From a virus, in IMG/VR virus record IMGVR_UViG_3300021962_000077, positions 9,585-73,584 of that record: a DNA stretch of 64,000 nt, one strand, 5' to 3'. The notes beneath the pieces are model-generated. The model had not been told where the DNA came from and ran no database searches. It saw only the letters and a list, made by a program, of their open reading frames with translations. Below are positions 28,586-38,073 of this stretch, one piece after another. Positions within the stretch are counted from its first letter, which is position 1; each line of letters starts with the position of its first letter. A program made the position numbers and the translations under genes.

Positions 28586-28600
28586 TTTTCTAAATATAAT
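28572..28600 (+). promoter_or_regulatory. sigma70-type promoter with overlapping TAAATA
   Basis: TTGACA-17nt-TATAAT. Confidence 0.65.
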
Positions 28601-28617
28601 ATTACGAGGAGACATTT

Positions 28618-29346
28618 ATGAAAGATATTTTACAAGATATTGTAGCACATACATACCAATTAGGTATTATTTCGCTGGTAAAGATTACAGGCAACAACGG
28701 AGAAACTCTAGTTGAATCAATGGCTGAAGATCGTTCAGTTATTATTTCTGCAAAAACTGTAGAGCCTGTTACAGAATTTGACGGCATTTTTGGTATGCCA
28801 AACTTAGATAAACTTAAATTTTTACTTAACTGTGAAGAATATAAAGAGGATGCTAAGATAACTGTTGTTGAAGCAACAAGAAATAACGAAGTAGTACCAA
28901 CAGGTTTACATTTTGTAAATCAAACACAGGATTTTCAAAACGACTATCGTTTTATGAATACTGAAATTATTAATGAAAAACTTAAATCAGTTAAGTTTAA
29001 AGGTACTACTTGGGAAATTGATTTTGAACCAAGTATTACTAGTATTACAAGATTAAAATATCAATCACAAGCTCACAGTGATGAACCAAACTTTCAAGTT
29101 AAAACTGAAAATAATAATCTTATCTTTAGTTTTGGAGATGCAGGATCACACGCAGGTAGTTTTGTGTTTCAACCAAATGTTAGCAAATTAAAACACACAT
29201 GGTCTTGGCCAGTTAGCCAGGTTACGAGTATACTTGCATTAAGTGGTAATAAGACTATGAAGATTAGCGATGCAGGTGCTATGATGATCACCGTAGATAG
29301 TGGTATGGCAACATATGACTATATTTTACCAGCAATGAGCAAATAA
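28618..29346 (+). CDS. putative DNA sliding clamp (gp45/PCNA-like)
   Basis: 242 aa beta-rich protein with a two-domain pattern, ending YDYILPA, near the polymerase; clamp loader also present. Confidence 0.55.
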   Translation: MKDILQDIVAHTYQLGIISLVKITGNNGETLVESMAEDRSVIISAKTVEPVTEFDGIFGMPNLDKLKFLLNCEEYKEDAKITVVEATRNNEVVPTGLHFVNQTQDFQNDYRFMNTEIINEKLKSVKFKGTTWEIDFEPSITSITRLKYQSQAHSDEPNFQVKTENNNLIFSFGDAGSHAGSFVFQPNVSKLKHTWSWPVSQVTSILALSGNKTMKISDAGAMMITVDSGMATYDYILPAMSK

Positions 29347-29348
29347 TT

Positions 29349-29570
29349 ATGGAAACTAAACGCAGAACCGTTGTTAGAATGATAACTTATCGCTTGACCG
29401 CATGGTTATTTACAATCTTTTGGACTTACTTGTTTACAGGTAACTTAGGTAACTCAGCAGGATTTGCCACAGCCTTGCACATTCTTCTCAGTATAGATTA
29501 CTACATACACGAAAGAATATGGCTTAGAATTAAATGGGGTAGAATAGATGGGGACATCAATGCCGAGTAG
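29349..29570 (+). CDS. DUF2061-like small membrane protein
   Basis: METKRRTVVRMITYR...YYIHERIW.RIKWG. Confidence 0.7.
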   Translation: METKRRTVVRMITYRLTAWLFTIFWTYLFTGNLGNSAGFATALHILLSIDYYIHERIWLRIKWGRIDGDINAE

Positions 29571-30048
29571 AGAAAAAGACCAAGCAGACTTTGACTTGGA
29601 AACATTTGTAGATTTGTTTGACACAGCTATTTCGTCAGATAATCCTGCTGTACAACGAGCATTGAAAAACTTGTTGATGATTGCGGCTATTGTTAATGCA
29701 GAAGATCCCCAAGCAGGTATGCGTCAAGGGCCGTTAAAAAGAGTGTTGGAGGATCAACGAAATATTATTCGTAGATTAGAAAATATAGAAAACAACGGTG
29801 GCAACTTACATAGACAATATGGTCCTATTCCTAGTACACCAAATATGCCTACACCTTGGGTTGTGCCAACACCAGTTCAAAGTCCTAATACTGGAACACC
29901 AAATTTTCCTCCAGGTACAATTTGGACTACAACTAATACATCTACCAGTTACGCTGCCAAAGACAGCGGAGCAGTGGCTGCACAGGGTCATGTATCGACA
30001 GTATCACTTGACGGATTATTTGAAAAACTAGAAGCAAAGTCTCTATGA
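29560..30048 (+). CDS. hypothetical protein
   Basis: Pro/Thr-rich C-terminal half; overlaps the next start. Confidence 0.5.
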   Translation: MPSREKDQADFDLETFVDLFDTAISSDNPAVQRALKNLLMIAAIVNAEDPQAGMRQGPLKRVLEDQRNIIRRLENIENNGGNLHRQYGPIPSTPNMPTPWVVPTPVQSPNTGTPNFPPGTIWTTTNTSTSYAAKDSGAVAAQGHVSTVSLDGLFEKLEAKSL

Positions 30049-31727
30049 ATCGAAATTTAACAGCAACACAAAATGACTATGCATATTTCTTGCCAGCAAC
30101 GTCAGGATTTTATAGCACATTCATAGGTAAACAACGCTATGGAAACTATGTAGATCCTGCACGGTTACCTGCTAGTTTTACTAATGGTGTTGAAGGATTG
30201 AATTATCTTAATCCGGACAAAGGCATGTTCTATTATCATCACTGCCTTTATTCGGCAGGACACGCTAATTTAGATTTGTCTAAACCAGACGAAACTGAAG
30301 ACATGTTCCGTAATAGAGATCGTTCGACTAGTTGGGTGTTAGGCGATTCAGGTGGATTCCAGATTGGTAAGGGTGTATGGGCCGGTGAGTGGCGTGATCC
30401 AAACGGTCCCGAAGTTGCTGCTAAATGGAAAGAAGTTAATGCCAAGGGTATCGAACTTGTCCCACAATTAGATGCCAGCGGCAATCCTAAGCTAGATAAA
30501 AATGGCAATCCAAAGATGACCAAGATTGATCATCCTAAACTTTATCAAGCACAATTAGATGCCGCACAAAAGAAACGTGAACAAGTATTAACTTGGATGG
30601 ACGCACTTATGGACTATGGAATGGTACTGGATATTCCAGCATGGGTGGCTCGTAGTCCTGCAGGTATGGCTGCTACAGGTATCGAGTCATACGATCAAGC
30701 CGTTGATGCTACCAAATACAATAACGAATACTTTATTAAACATCGTACTGGTGCATGTAAATTTCTAAACGTTCTTCAAGGCGAGACTCACAGTCAAGCA
30801 GAAGATTGGTATCAAAAAATGAAAGACTTTTGCGATCCAAAAGTATATGAAGACAAAGCATTTAATGGTTGGGCCATGGGTGGCCAAAACATGTGTGATA
30901 TTCACTTGGTCTTAAAAAGACTAGTGGCATTAAGATTTGATGGACTACTTGAAAAAGGCAAACAAGATTGGATGCATTTTTTAGGTACATCAAAATTAGA
31001 GTGGGCAGTCCTGCTCACAGACATCCAACGTGCTGTAAGGAAATATCATAATGAAAACTTTACCATATCTTTTGACTGCGCCTCACCGTTTCTGGCAACA
31101 GCAAACGGACAAATCTACATCCAAACAGAAACAGAAGACCGCACTAAATGGGTCTATAGGATGCAGGGTGGCGCAGACAACAAAAAATACGCCTCTGACA
31201 CACGTCTCTTCAAAGATGCTGTAGTACAAGATGGTATATTTGAAGGATTTGAATCTAGTCCAGTTATGGATCAAGTCCAAATGAAAGACATCTGCATTTA
31301 CGGACCAGGCGATGTAAACAAGAATGGCAAAGAAGGTAAAACAAGTTGGGATTCATTTAGTTATGCTATTATGATGGGCCATAATGTATGGATGCATTTA
31401 AATGCGGTTCAAGAAGCCAATCGACAATATGATTTGGGCAAATTACCTTCAATGTTGGTTGACGAACAATTTGATAGAGTGTATTATAAGGACATAGTAG
31501 AAGCTATTTTTGCAACAGATGACAGAGCTACCGCAGAAGCAATTATTGAACACTACAGTAGATATTGGGATACTATAATTGGTACTAGAGGTAATACTGG
31601 TAAAAGAATTGTGAATGCACATACCAAAGCTGATGAACTAGGTATACCGGCTGTAGATTTCAGTGATCTTAAAATAGTTAAGAAACAAGAACCTGTAACA
31701 ACAACATTTGAAGATTTGTTTGAATGA
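30045..31727 (+). CDS. guanine transglycosylase (TGT/DpdA-like)
   Basis: GDSGGFQ, MVLDIP, LNVLQG, GWAMGG, MHFLG, SFDCASP and a C-terminal HN; que genes nearby. Confidence 0.8.
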   Translation: MNRNLTATQNDYAYFLPATSGFYSTFIGKQRYGNYVDPARLPASFTNGVEGLNYLNPDKGMFYYHHCLYSAGHANLDLSKPDETEDMFRNRDRSTSWVLGDSGGFQIGKGVWAGEWRDPNGPEVAAKWKEVNAKGIELVPQLDASGNPKLDKNGNPKMTKIDHPKLYQAQLDAAQKKREQVLTWMDALMDYGMVLDIPAWVARSPAGMAATGIESYDQAVDATKYNNEYFIKHRTGACKFLNVLQGETHSQAEDWYQKMKDFCDPKVYEDKAFNGWAMGGQNMCDIHLVLKRLVALRFDGLLEKGKQDWMHFLGTSKLEWAVLLTDIQRAVRKYHNENFTISFDCASPFLATANGQIYIQTETEDRTKWVYRMQGGADNKKYASDTRLFKDAVVQDGIFEGFESSPVMDQVQMKDICIYGPGDVNKNGKEGKTSWDSFSYAIMMGHNVWMHLNAVQEANRQYDLGKLPSMLVDEQFDRVYYKDIVEAIFATDDRATAEAIIEHYSRYWDTIIGTRGNTGKRIVNAHTKADELGIPAVDFSDLKIVKKQEPVTTTFEDLFE

Positions 31728-31984
31728 CACTACCAGACGAAAGATATCGAGCAGTTGTACAAACAAGGAGATTCCTGCTTGACCTCTGCAATCCACAGCA
31801 TACTCCGCGTATTCCTAAACTTATAAGAGATACTGCTCGCTCTATGTTACGTCATTATCCAAGCGAGTACGAAATGTTAATTGCCTGCGATGAAGCTCCT
31901 GATTTGTTCCAAGAACGTATGGAAGATGTAACTAGATTTTTTTCAAAATATCAACAAGGTAAAAAGGATAAAAATGAAACGTAA
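31724..31984 (+). CDS. hypothetical protein
   Basis: MTLPDERYRAV...LRHYP; coupled overlaps. Confidence 0.55.
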   Translation: MTLPDERYRAVVQTRRFLLDLCNPQHTPRIPKLIRDTARSMLRHYPSEYEMLIACDEAPDLFQERMEDVTRFFSKYQQGKKDKNET

Positions 31985-32498
31985 CTATACTAACGGCACA
32001 TTAGAAGGTGTAGAATTCTTTATTGGCACAGAAGTTGAGCACACACCTGCATTTGGTATGCCTACGCTATTTGTAACAGGATTACAATCAATAAATGCAA
32101 TTGAAGGTGTTCTAGCCAATAACAACGTTAAACACATATTCTTTGGTGCTAATCATAGTTTCAATCCTGTGTATAATGACTACGCAGGTTGGAAACAATG
32201 GGATGACATGATTACTCATTTCTTAGACAAAGATTATCTTTGCTCACTAGATATACCGTTGAGTGCAGTAGAAGAATTTCACGACGGCGGACTTTGTGAA
32301 TATTTGAATTTTATTCCGCAGATAAGAGTGCCAATACCTTATATAAAATTATGGAATTATAATACAATGCTTAAGATTGATGACAAAGATTTTAAGGCAA
32401 CTAATCCTGGTGTGTGGTCCCACAGTCTACACTCACTAATGTCCCGAAGAACTTTTACAGACTGGTCACAATATAAAAATGATGAAGTGATAAAATGA
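31974..32498 (+). CDS. hypothetical protein in deazaguanine cluster
   Basis: GTEVEHTP, HIFFGANHSF, KIDDKDF.ATNPGVW; coupled to the QueD-like gene. Confidence 0.6.
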   Translation: MKRNYTNGTLEGVEFFIGTEVEHTPAFGMPTLFVTGLQSINAIEGVLANNNVKHIFFGANHSFNPVYNDYAGWKQWDDMITHFLDKDYLCSLDIPLSAVEEFHDGGLCEYLNFIPQIRVPIPYIKLWNYNTMLKIDDKDFKATNPGVWSHSLHSLMSRRTFTDWSQYKNDEVIK

Positions 32499-32893
32499 AT
32501 CAAACAACAATGAGACAAGACTGGCGTCCAAACAAAATGATTTGGGTTACCTTTCGTAAAGAAGGTATTCATAAGTATCCAGCCGCACTTACTGAACCAA
32601 CACTAGCAACAGGAGATGAATATGATGTATCGTTTTTGGGTCATCCTCATCGTCATATATTCCATTTTCGTGTCTGGATTTCAGTTACCCACAACGATCG
32701 TGACATCGAATTTATTCAATTTAAACGCTGGTTGGAAAAACTATACTCAGATGGTACAGTACAACTAGACTATAAGAGTTGCGAAATGATGAGTGATGAA
32801 CTTCATTCTATCATTTCCAATAAGTATCCAGGTCGTGAGATCTGGATCGAAGTCTCCGAAGACGGAGAAAATGGTTCATTTATCAAATACTAA
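32495..32893 (+). CDS. queD: QueD/PTPS-like T-fold enzyme
   Basis: GIHKYP, HPHRHIFHF, DRDIEFIQFK, SCEM, VSEDGENG. Confidence 0.7.
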   Translation: MNQTTMRQDWRPNKMIWVTFRKEGIHKYPAALTEPTLATGDEYDVSFLGHPHRHIFHFRVWISVTHNDRDIEFIQFKRWLEKLYSDGTVQLDYKSCEMMSDELHSIISNKYPGREIWIEVSEDGENGSFIKY

Positions 32894-32911
32894 AAACAAG
32901 GAAAAAGTAAA

Positions 32912-33145
32912 ATGATTAAAAGTTACAAAGGTTATGCCTATTTTGACAACCATCCTGAGATTGTAAAAATCTTTGAGGACTTAGAGGCATTTCATGATTT
33001 TTGTCGCTTTGAATTAATGCCTTTCAATGAGGCAGATCTCTATAACAATCGTAGCTATGTATGGCGAGCGTTTAGTGATCGAAACGGCAGACGTTACCCT
33101 GCTAAGAAACGTCAATTTGAAAAGAAACCATATAGAGCATACTGA
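32912..33145 (+). CDS. hypothetical protein
   Basis: ORF with SD. Confidence 0.5.
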   Translation: MIKSYKGYAYFDNHPEIVKIFEDLEAFHDFCRFELMPFNEADLYNNRSYVWRAFSDRNGRRYPAKKRQFEKKPYRAY

Positions 33146-34242
33146 TGGCAAAGATTTGGCTTATTGATTTAGAAGCCGTTGAAACAAGGTACACTGGTCA
33201 ATGGAAGACCCATGTACCTAATCTCTTACGCAAGGAAGGACATGATGTTCAAGTTATTTCTGGTCCGGTGGATATCCCTAGTGCTACTACTCCCGGTGCT
33301 TTTCTTAATTTCGGCGGGACTAATATATACAAAGCTAGCCAAGTTGAGCAAATCGGTAGGTTATTTTGTAGCGGATCCGTTACCGCTGGCGACCATTTTA
33401 TTTTTACTGATGCTTGGCATCCAGGCATTATAAATCTAAAATATATGAGTGAACTACTGAATATCCCAGTAGTTACACACGGTCTTTGGCATGCTGGTTC
33501 ATACGATCCTCAAGACTTTCTTGGGCGCTTAGTCGGTAAAAAGGCTTGGGTACGTCACGCTGAAAAAAGTTTTTATCACGCATTTGATCATAACTATTTT
33601 GCCACAGAGTTTCACGTACACTTGTTTATGAAACAGTTACTCAACGATGGCTACACTAGTGAAAATCCTTGGTGGCACGAGGATTGGTATGAACGCTATG
33701 ACAGCGGTAAAATTGTTAAGACTGGTTGGCCTATGGAATATATGCAGGATACTCTTGCACCTTATAAAGGTCTGAAGAAACGAGATATGATTTTGTTTCC
33801 GCACCGTATTGCACCAGAGAAGCAAGTTGAAATTTTTAGAGACTTAGCTATCCACTTACCGCAATACGAGTTTGTTGTTTGCCAAGATCGACAACTTACT
33901 AAGCATGAGTATCACACACTGCTAGGCGAAGCAAAGATGGTGTTTAGCGCCAATCTACAAGAAACACTGGGTATCAGTTGGTACGAAGGTGCTTTAGTAG
34001 ATACTATACCATTAGTTCCAGATAGACTTAGCTATAGTGAAATGGCATTTGATACATTTAAATATCCTAGCCAATGGACTGAAGACTTTGATGCATATAC
34101 TGTTTATCGTCCAAATTTGTGTCGTTTAATTATAGAACACATGGCTAACTATAACACTAGAATTTCGTCAATTCGTAAACAAGCAGATGCATTAACAGAA
34201 CAATTCTTTTCAGCAACTAGGTTATTAGAAAGACTAAAATGA
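33145..34242 (+). CDS. GT-B glycosyltransferase
   Basis: FPHRIAPEKQ, ETLGISWYEG (E-x7-E), PDRLSY.E. Confidence 0.75.
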   Translation: MAKIWLIDLEAVETRYTGQWKTHVPNLLRKEGHDVQVISGPVDIPSATTPGAFLNFGGTNIYKASQVEQIGRLFCSGSVTAGDHFIFTDAWHPGIINLKYMSELLNIPVVTHGLWHAGSYDPQDFLGRLVGKKAWVRHAEKSFYHAFDHNYFATEFHVHLFMKQLLNDGYTSENPWWHEDWYERYDSGKIVKTGWPMEYMQDTLAPYKGLKKRDMILFPHRIAPEKQVEIFRDLAIHLPQYEFVVCQDRQLTKHEYHTLLGEAKMVFSANLQETLGISWYEGALVDTIPLVPDRLSYSEMAFDTFKYPSQWTEDFDAYTVYRPNLCRLIIEHMANYNTRISSIRKQADALTEQFFSATRLLERLK

Positions 34243-34700
34243 TACTGAAACTGTTAGAACGTTTAGGTCGTAAACGTATTATCATGGACCGTATTGACAA
34301 CGAGCCATATCTAGAAAGATACTATATCTTTCTAAAAGATCGTACATGGTTTCCATTTAATATCTTTATTCATAAATTTCTAAAATCAGATCCAGACGAT
34401 GTACACGATCATCCTTGGCCTTATGCTACACTAATCTTAAAAGGTGGCTATTGGGAGTGGATTCCGCAGTTTGATAGCAAAGGTAATAAGTTTAGTGAAA
34501 TTGCCAAATGGCGCGGTCCTGGACATTTCCGTATGTGCAGTGCTACCAGTTATCATAGAATCGAATTAGATCCTAATATAACTGCATGGACCTTGTTTAT
34601 GCCTGGTCCACAACAGCGAGAATGGGGATTTCTCGTTAAAAATAAATGGATTCAAAATGACGACTACCTACAAGATCGCAGACAACACAACAAGCAATAG
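34239..34700 (+). CDS. cupin-fold protein
   Basis: YLERYY, VHDHPW, GGYWE, YHRIEL, WTLF. Confidence 0.6.
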   Translation: MILKLLERLGRKRIIMDRIDNEPYLERYYIFLKDRTWFPFNIFIHKFLKSDPDDVHDHPWPYATLILKGGYWEWIPQFDSKGNKFSEIAKWRGPGHFRMCSATSYHRIELDPNITAWTLFMPGPQQREWGFLVKNKWIQNDDYLQDRRQHNKQ

Positions 34701-35043
34701 TATCACATGGTCCGATGGGTCTATGTCAACCCTACCATATCTTACAGGTTCATCATCCGGAACATATTCGATTACATCAAATGGTAGTAATTATGCATTT
34801 ACTAGTCCTATGGCAGTTGTCAAACAAGAACCTAATAGTTTAACAGTACAAGGTAAAATTATTCATAATGGACTAGATTTAGAAGAACGGTTATCTACAA
34901 TCGAAAAAGTCTTGCAAATACCAGAACGTGATGTTAAACTAGAGGCTAAGCATCCAAAGCTAAAAGAATTATATGATGCATATATTCATGCTTTGGGAAA
35001 ATATAGAACATTTGAAGCAATTAAAGGCGACGATAATGACTGA
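34657..35043 (+). CDS. hypothetical protein
   Basis: Ser/Thr-rich N-terminus, coiled C-terminus. Confidence 0.5.
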   Translation: MTTTYKIADNTTSNSITWSDGSMSTLPYLTGSSSGTYSITSNGSNYAFTSPMAVVKQEPNSLTVQGKIIHNGLDLEERLSTIEKVLQIPERDVKLEAKHPKLKELYDAYIHALGKYRTFEAIKGDDND

Positions 35044-35290
35044 AGAAAAGAAAATGCAAATTACATTTGCACCCGGAGCATTTGATTCTTTTGAAGGTAC
35101 ACAGGAAGAATTAGACGAACTTGTAAAAGAAATACAAACTATGTTCTCCGAACTTACACCTGAAGAATTAAAAAATCGTAGTCAGCCTGTAGACATCACT
35201 GATTTGATTGATGACGAAACTTTAACTGATGAACAGTTTGAGCAAATTTTAGAAAATCTCGTTGGTGAGCAAAATAAAAAATTGCAATAA
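35036..35290 (+). CDS. acidic hypothetical protein
   Basis: FAPGAFDSFEGTQEELDEL. Confidence 0.5.
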   Translation: MTEEKKMQITFAPGAFDSFEGTQEELDELVKEIQTMFSELTPEELKNRSQPVDITDLIDDETLTDEQFEQILENLVGEQNKKLQ

Positions 35291-35299
35291 GGAAATAAT

Positions 35300-35512
35300 A
35301 TGAAAGAATTTATAGTAAAAGAAAATGATGCTTTTAGACTTCGCGTAAAAAGTCATAAATGTATTAACCCATCAGATCTTAATAGCTTAGAATTTATTCA
35401 AGAAATTAAAAACAATAAAGGTGACATAGATGAAACATCAACATACAATTTTTTCCTCACTGACGAAGAAATTAAAAAACTTGCTGTCGGGCTCACAACT
35501 ATCTCAGAATAA
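35300..35512 (+). CDS. hypothetical protein
   Basis: ORF with AAGGA SD. Confidence 0.5.
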   Translation: MKEFIVKENDAFRLRVKSHKCINPSDLNSLEFIQEIKNNKGDIDETSTYNFFLTDEEIKKLAVGLTTISE

Positions 35513-36068
35513 AATTTCTGATGATGAATATGTCAGTCTAGTTAAAAAAATCTGTAAGCAGATTGAAAAAAGTAACTGGCGGCCTAGTTGTGTCGTAGGC
35601 ATCACTAGGGGAGGTCTATTGCCTGCTGTAATGATCAGTCATTACTTTAACGTTAAGATGTATTCTTTAGATATAAGTTTACGTGACGGTGGAGAATGCA
35701 CTAGCAATTTATGGCTAGCTGAAGAAGCATTTGGTTACACTCCTAAAGAAGAACTAGACGAACAATTATATTTAGAAGTTAGTGGTATTCCAGCTTCTTC
35801 AGCAAGAGCACAAAAAGACATATTAATTGTAGACGATATTAATGATACAGGTGCTACACTAAATTGGCTTATGGACGATTGGCGTAGTGGATGTTTGTCC
35901 TATGACCCTAAATGGAATAACATTTGGAATCATAATGTTAAATTTGCAGTAGTAGTTAATAACATTTCAAATAACTGCAATGTCAAAATGGATTTCGTTG
36001 GAAAAGAAATTGACAAGTCTAAAGATGACTCTTGGATTATTTTTCCTTACGAGGAATGGTGGAAATGA
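35430..36068 (+). CDS. type I phosphoribosyltransferase (purine PRT-like)
   Basis: VVGITRGGLLPA, PRPP loop ILIVDDINDTGAT, WIIFPYE; start uncertain. Confidence 0.85.
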   Translation: MKHQHTIFSSLTKKLKNLLSGSQLSQNKISDDEYVSLVKKICKQIEKSNWRPSCVVGITRGGLLPAVMISHYFNVKMYSLDISLRDGGECTSNLWLAEEAFGYTPKEELDEQLYLEVSGIPASSARAQKDILIVDDINDTGATLNWLMDDWRSGCLSYDPKWNNIWNHNVKFAVVVNNISNNCNVKMDFVGKEIDKSKDDSWIIFPYEEWWK

Positions 36069-36244
36069 TTAAAAAAATCATCAACGTGCTACATTTTATA
36101 CTAATACCTGTCATTGCAATATGGGCATTTAACACTCTTTGGCCAAGTGCAAGTATTCCTCTATCTATTGAAACTTGGATTGCAGGTGCAGTATTATTTA
36201 ATAGGCATGCAATAGAACGTCTCATTAAATTTAAAAATGACTGA
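36065..36244 (+). CDS. small membrane protein
   Basis: Hydrophobic, IWAFNTLWP. Confidence 0.45.
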   Translation: MIKKIINVLHFILIPVIAIWAFNTLWPSASIPLSIETWIAGAVLFNRHAIERLIKFKND

Positions 36245-36605
36245 TTTAGAAAAAGCACTTAGTCAAGGTAGAGCTCCCTGGAAATCTATTGAATATAGAA
36301 CTAAAGATTACTGGGTCTTTTCAGATGCGTATCCTGTAACTCAAGGGCATTTATTATTTGTTCCAACATATGAAAACTTTGACAACGTCATTGAATGTTG
36401 TAAAGCCGCTTACAAATTCGGATATCTAGGGGTAGAATCTGAGAAATGGGATGGCTTTAATGTTGGACAAAATTGCGGAGAGGCTGCTGGACAAACAGTA
36501 GAATATCCGCATGTTCATATGATACCTAGACGCAAAGGTGATATGGAAGATCCTCGCGGCGGGGTAAGACACGTAATACCAGAAAAAGGAAATTATAAAA
36601 AATGA
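36237..36605 (+). CDS. HIT-family nucleotide hydrolase
   Basis: DAYPVTQGHLLFVP, AAGQTV, HVHMIPR. Confidence 0.9.
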   Translation: MTDLEKALSQGRAPWKSIEYRTKDYWVFSDAYPVTQGHLLFVPTYENFDNVIECCKAAYKFGYLGVESEKWDGFNVGQNCGEAAGQTVEYPHVHMIPRRKGDMEDPRGGVRHVIPEKGNYKK

Positions 36606-36859
36606 GCGGAAAAGGTTCTAGTCCCAGACCGTTTAGCGTTGATCAAAAAACATTTGCTAACAACTGGAATACTATTTTTAAAAAGGAAAAACCCATGTCA
36701 GAAACAGAAAAAAAAGGTACTTGCGGATGCGGTCGTAGCCCTACTGGTAACTGCATCGGATGGCATGCTCTATCTGAAGATGTATATCTTCATCAAAAAA
36801 TGCTTTGGAACGAAGAACAGTTTCGAAAAGATGAAGAACAAAATTCACAAAAAAGTTGA
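36602..36859 (+). CDS. CDGSH-like iron-sulfur protein
   Basis: CGCGRSPTGNCIGWH resembles CxCxxSxxxPxCDGSH. Confidence 0.55.
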   Translation: MSGKGSSPRPFSVDQKTFANNWNTIFKKEKPMSETEKKGTCGCGRSPTGNCIGWHALSEDVYLHQKMLWNEEQFRKDEEQNSQKS

Positions 36860-37091
36860 TCCTCGAACAACTGCTGCCAAGGAAGGCTACATCCATACAG
36901 TAAGGCTTCCTTGGCACAGCCATCATGCTATGAATGATTGGAACGAGACATGTGCATCTATAATTGAAATATTTGGATTACCTGGGGATAGATTCTTAAC
37001 CCATGCAACTACAGATCATATGGATTTTATGTTTAAATCCCCTAAAGATTTAAACTTGTGTAAAATTTTAATTAGCGAAAAAATATCGTAA
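36831..37091 (+). CDS. hypothetical protein
   Basis: WNETCA..IE.FGLPGDRF; start reassigned. Confidence 0.5.
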   Translation: MKNKIHKKVDPRTTAAKEGYIHTVRLPWHSHHAMNDWNETCASIIEIFGLPGDRFLTHATTDHMDFMFKSPKDLNLCKILISEKIS

Positions 37092-37094
37092 AGG

Positions 37095-37123
37095 TTGACA
37101 CAACCTAAATAATCATGTACACT
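37095..37123 (+). promoter_or_regulatory. sigma70-type promoter with embedded TAAATA
   Basis: TTGACA-17nt-TACACT upstream of folE. Confidence 0.55.
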
Positions 37124-37166
37124 AGTACAACATAATGACATCCACGTCATAAACTCGGAGAATAAT

Positions 37167-37952
37167 ATGGTATATAACAAAGTATATGAAAGCAATGATC
37201 CAGAAGGATCAGAATCTTCAAGGCCTGTTTCAATAGATAATATAGATGAAGCAGAATATGAAGTTGGTTATTTAGGAGATGCTATTCGTGCCAAGATGCG
37301 GCGTGATGGTAAAAGATTCTGGGCTGGTGACAATATCAGCAACTACCTACATCCTACAGATAAAGAACATCTAATTAATGAAGCCACAGAAGCATTTGAA
37401 TTAGTACTAGACCGTTTATTAATTGATCGTGAAAACGATCCTAATAGTAAAGGCACAGCACGTAGACTGGCTAAAATGTATTTTGAAGAAATAATGGCAG
37501 GTAGATATGAACCAGCACCAGATTGTACAGCGTTTCCTAATGATAGCGCGGATCGTTATGAGGGTATGCTTGTGGTTCGCAGTGAGCTTCGTAGTATGTG
37601 CAGTCATCACCATCAGCCTGTTAACGGTGTGGCTTATATTGGAATCATCGCCGCAGAAAAACTCATTGGATTGTCCAAGTACACACGTATTGCCCAATGG
37701 TGTGCTCGTAGAGGAACCCTACAGGAAGAACTGTGTATTGACATAGCCAACGCAATCGAACAGGCCACAGGCAGTAATGATGTCGGTGTTTATATACAGG
37801 CTCAACATGGTTGTTGTGAAAACAGAGGAATTATGGCACACTCAAGTTTAACGCAGACTACAGTGTTGCGAGGGCTTTTCAAATCTGATACAAGCGTTAA
37901 AAAAGAGTTTATGGACAATATTAAACTTCAACAAGATTTTGCACCGCGATGA
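37167..37952 (+). CDS. folE: GTP cyclohydrolase I
   Basis: TARRLAKMY, SMCSHH, IGLSKYTR, LQEE, HGCCENRG. Confidence 0.93.
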   Translation: MVYNKVYESNDPEGSESSRPVSIDNIDEAEYEVGYLGDAIRAKMRRDGKRFWAGDNISNYLHPTDKEHLINEATEAFELVLDRLLIDRENDPNSKGTARRLAKMYFEEIMAGRYEPAPDCTAFPNDSADRYEGMLVVRSELRSMCSHHHQPVNGVAYIGIIAAEKLIGLSKYTRIAQWCARRGTLQEELCIDIANAIEQATGSNDVGVYIQAQHGCCENRGIMAHSSLTQTTVLRGLFKSDTSVKKEFMDNIKLQQDFAPR

Positions 37953-38062
37953 TCATCACAAACTGCACAGGCGAGATTCGATTGCCTTGGGAACCAGGGC
38001 TGTTAGAATGGTTGCAGGAACACTATCCTGCCAGCCAATATAGAGTGGTAGAATTAACTTAA
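37949..38062 (+). CDS. small hypothetical protein (37 aa, below ORF-track cutoff)
   Basis: ATGA overlap with the folE stop; MIITNCTGEIRLPWEPGLLEWLQEHYPASQYRVVELT fills the gap. Confidence 0.45.
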   Translation: MIITNCTGEIRLPWEPGLLEWLQEHYPASQYRVVELT

Positions 38063-38073
38063 AGGAAAACAAA

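Noticed and set aside
35430-35512. 83-nt overlap of the PRTase ORF with the upstream gene as a programmed frameshift
   Set aside because: A plain ATG start with a weak upstream AAGG explains it; no convincing slippery site plus stimulator seen.
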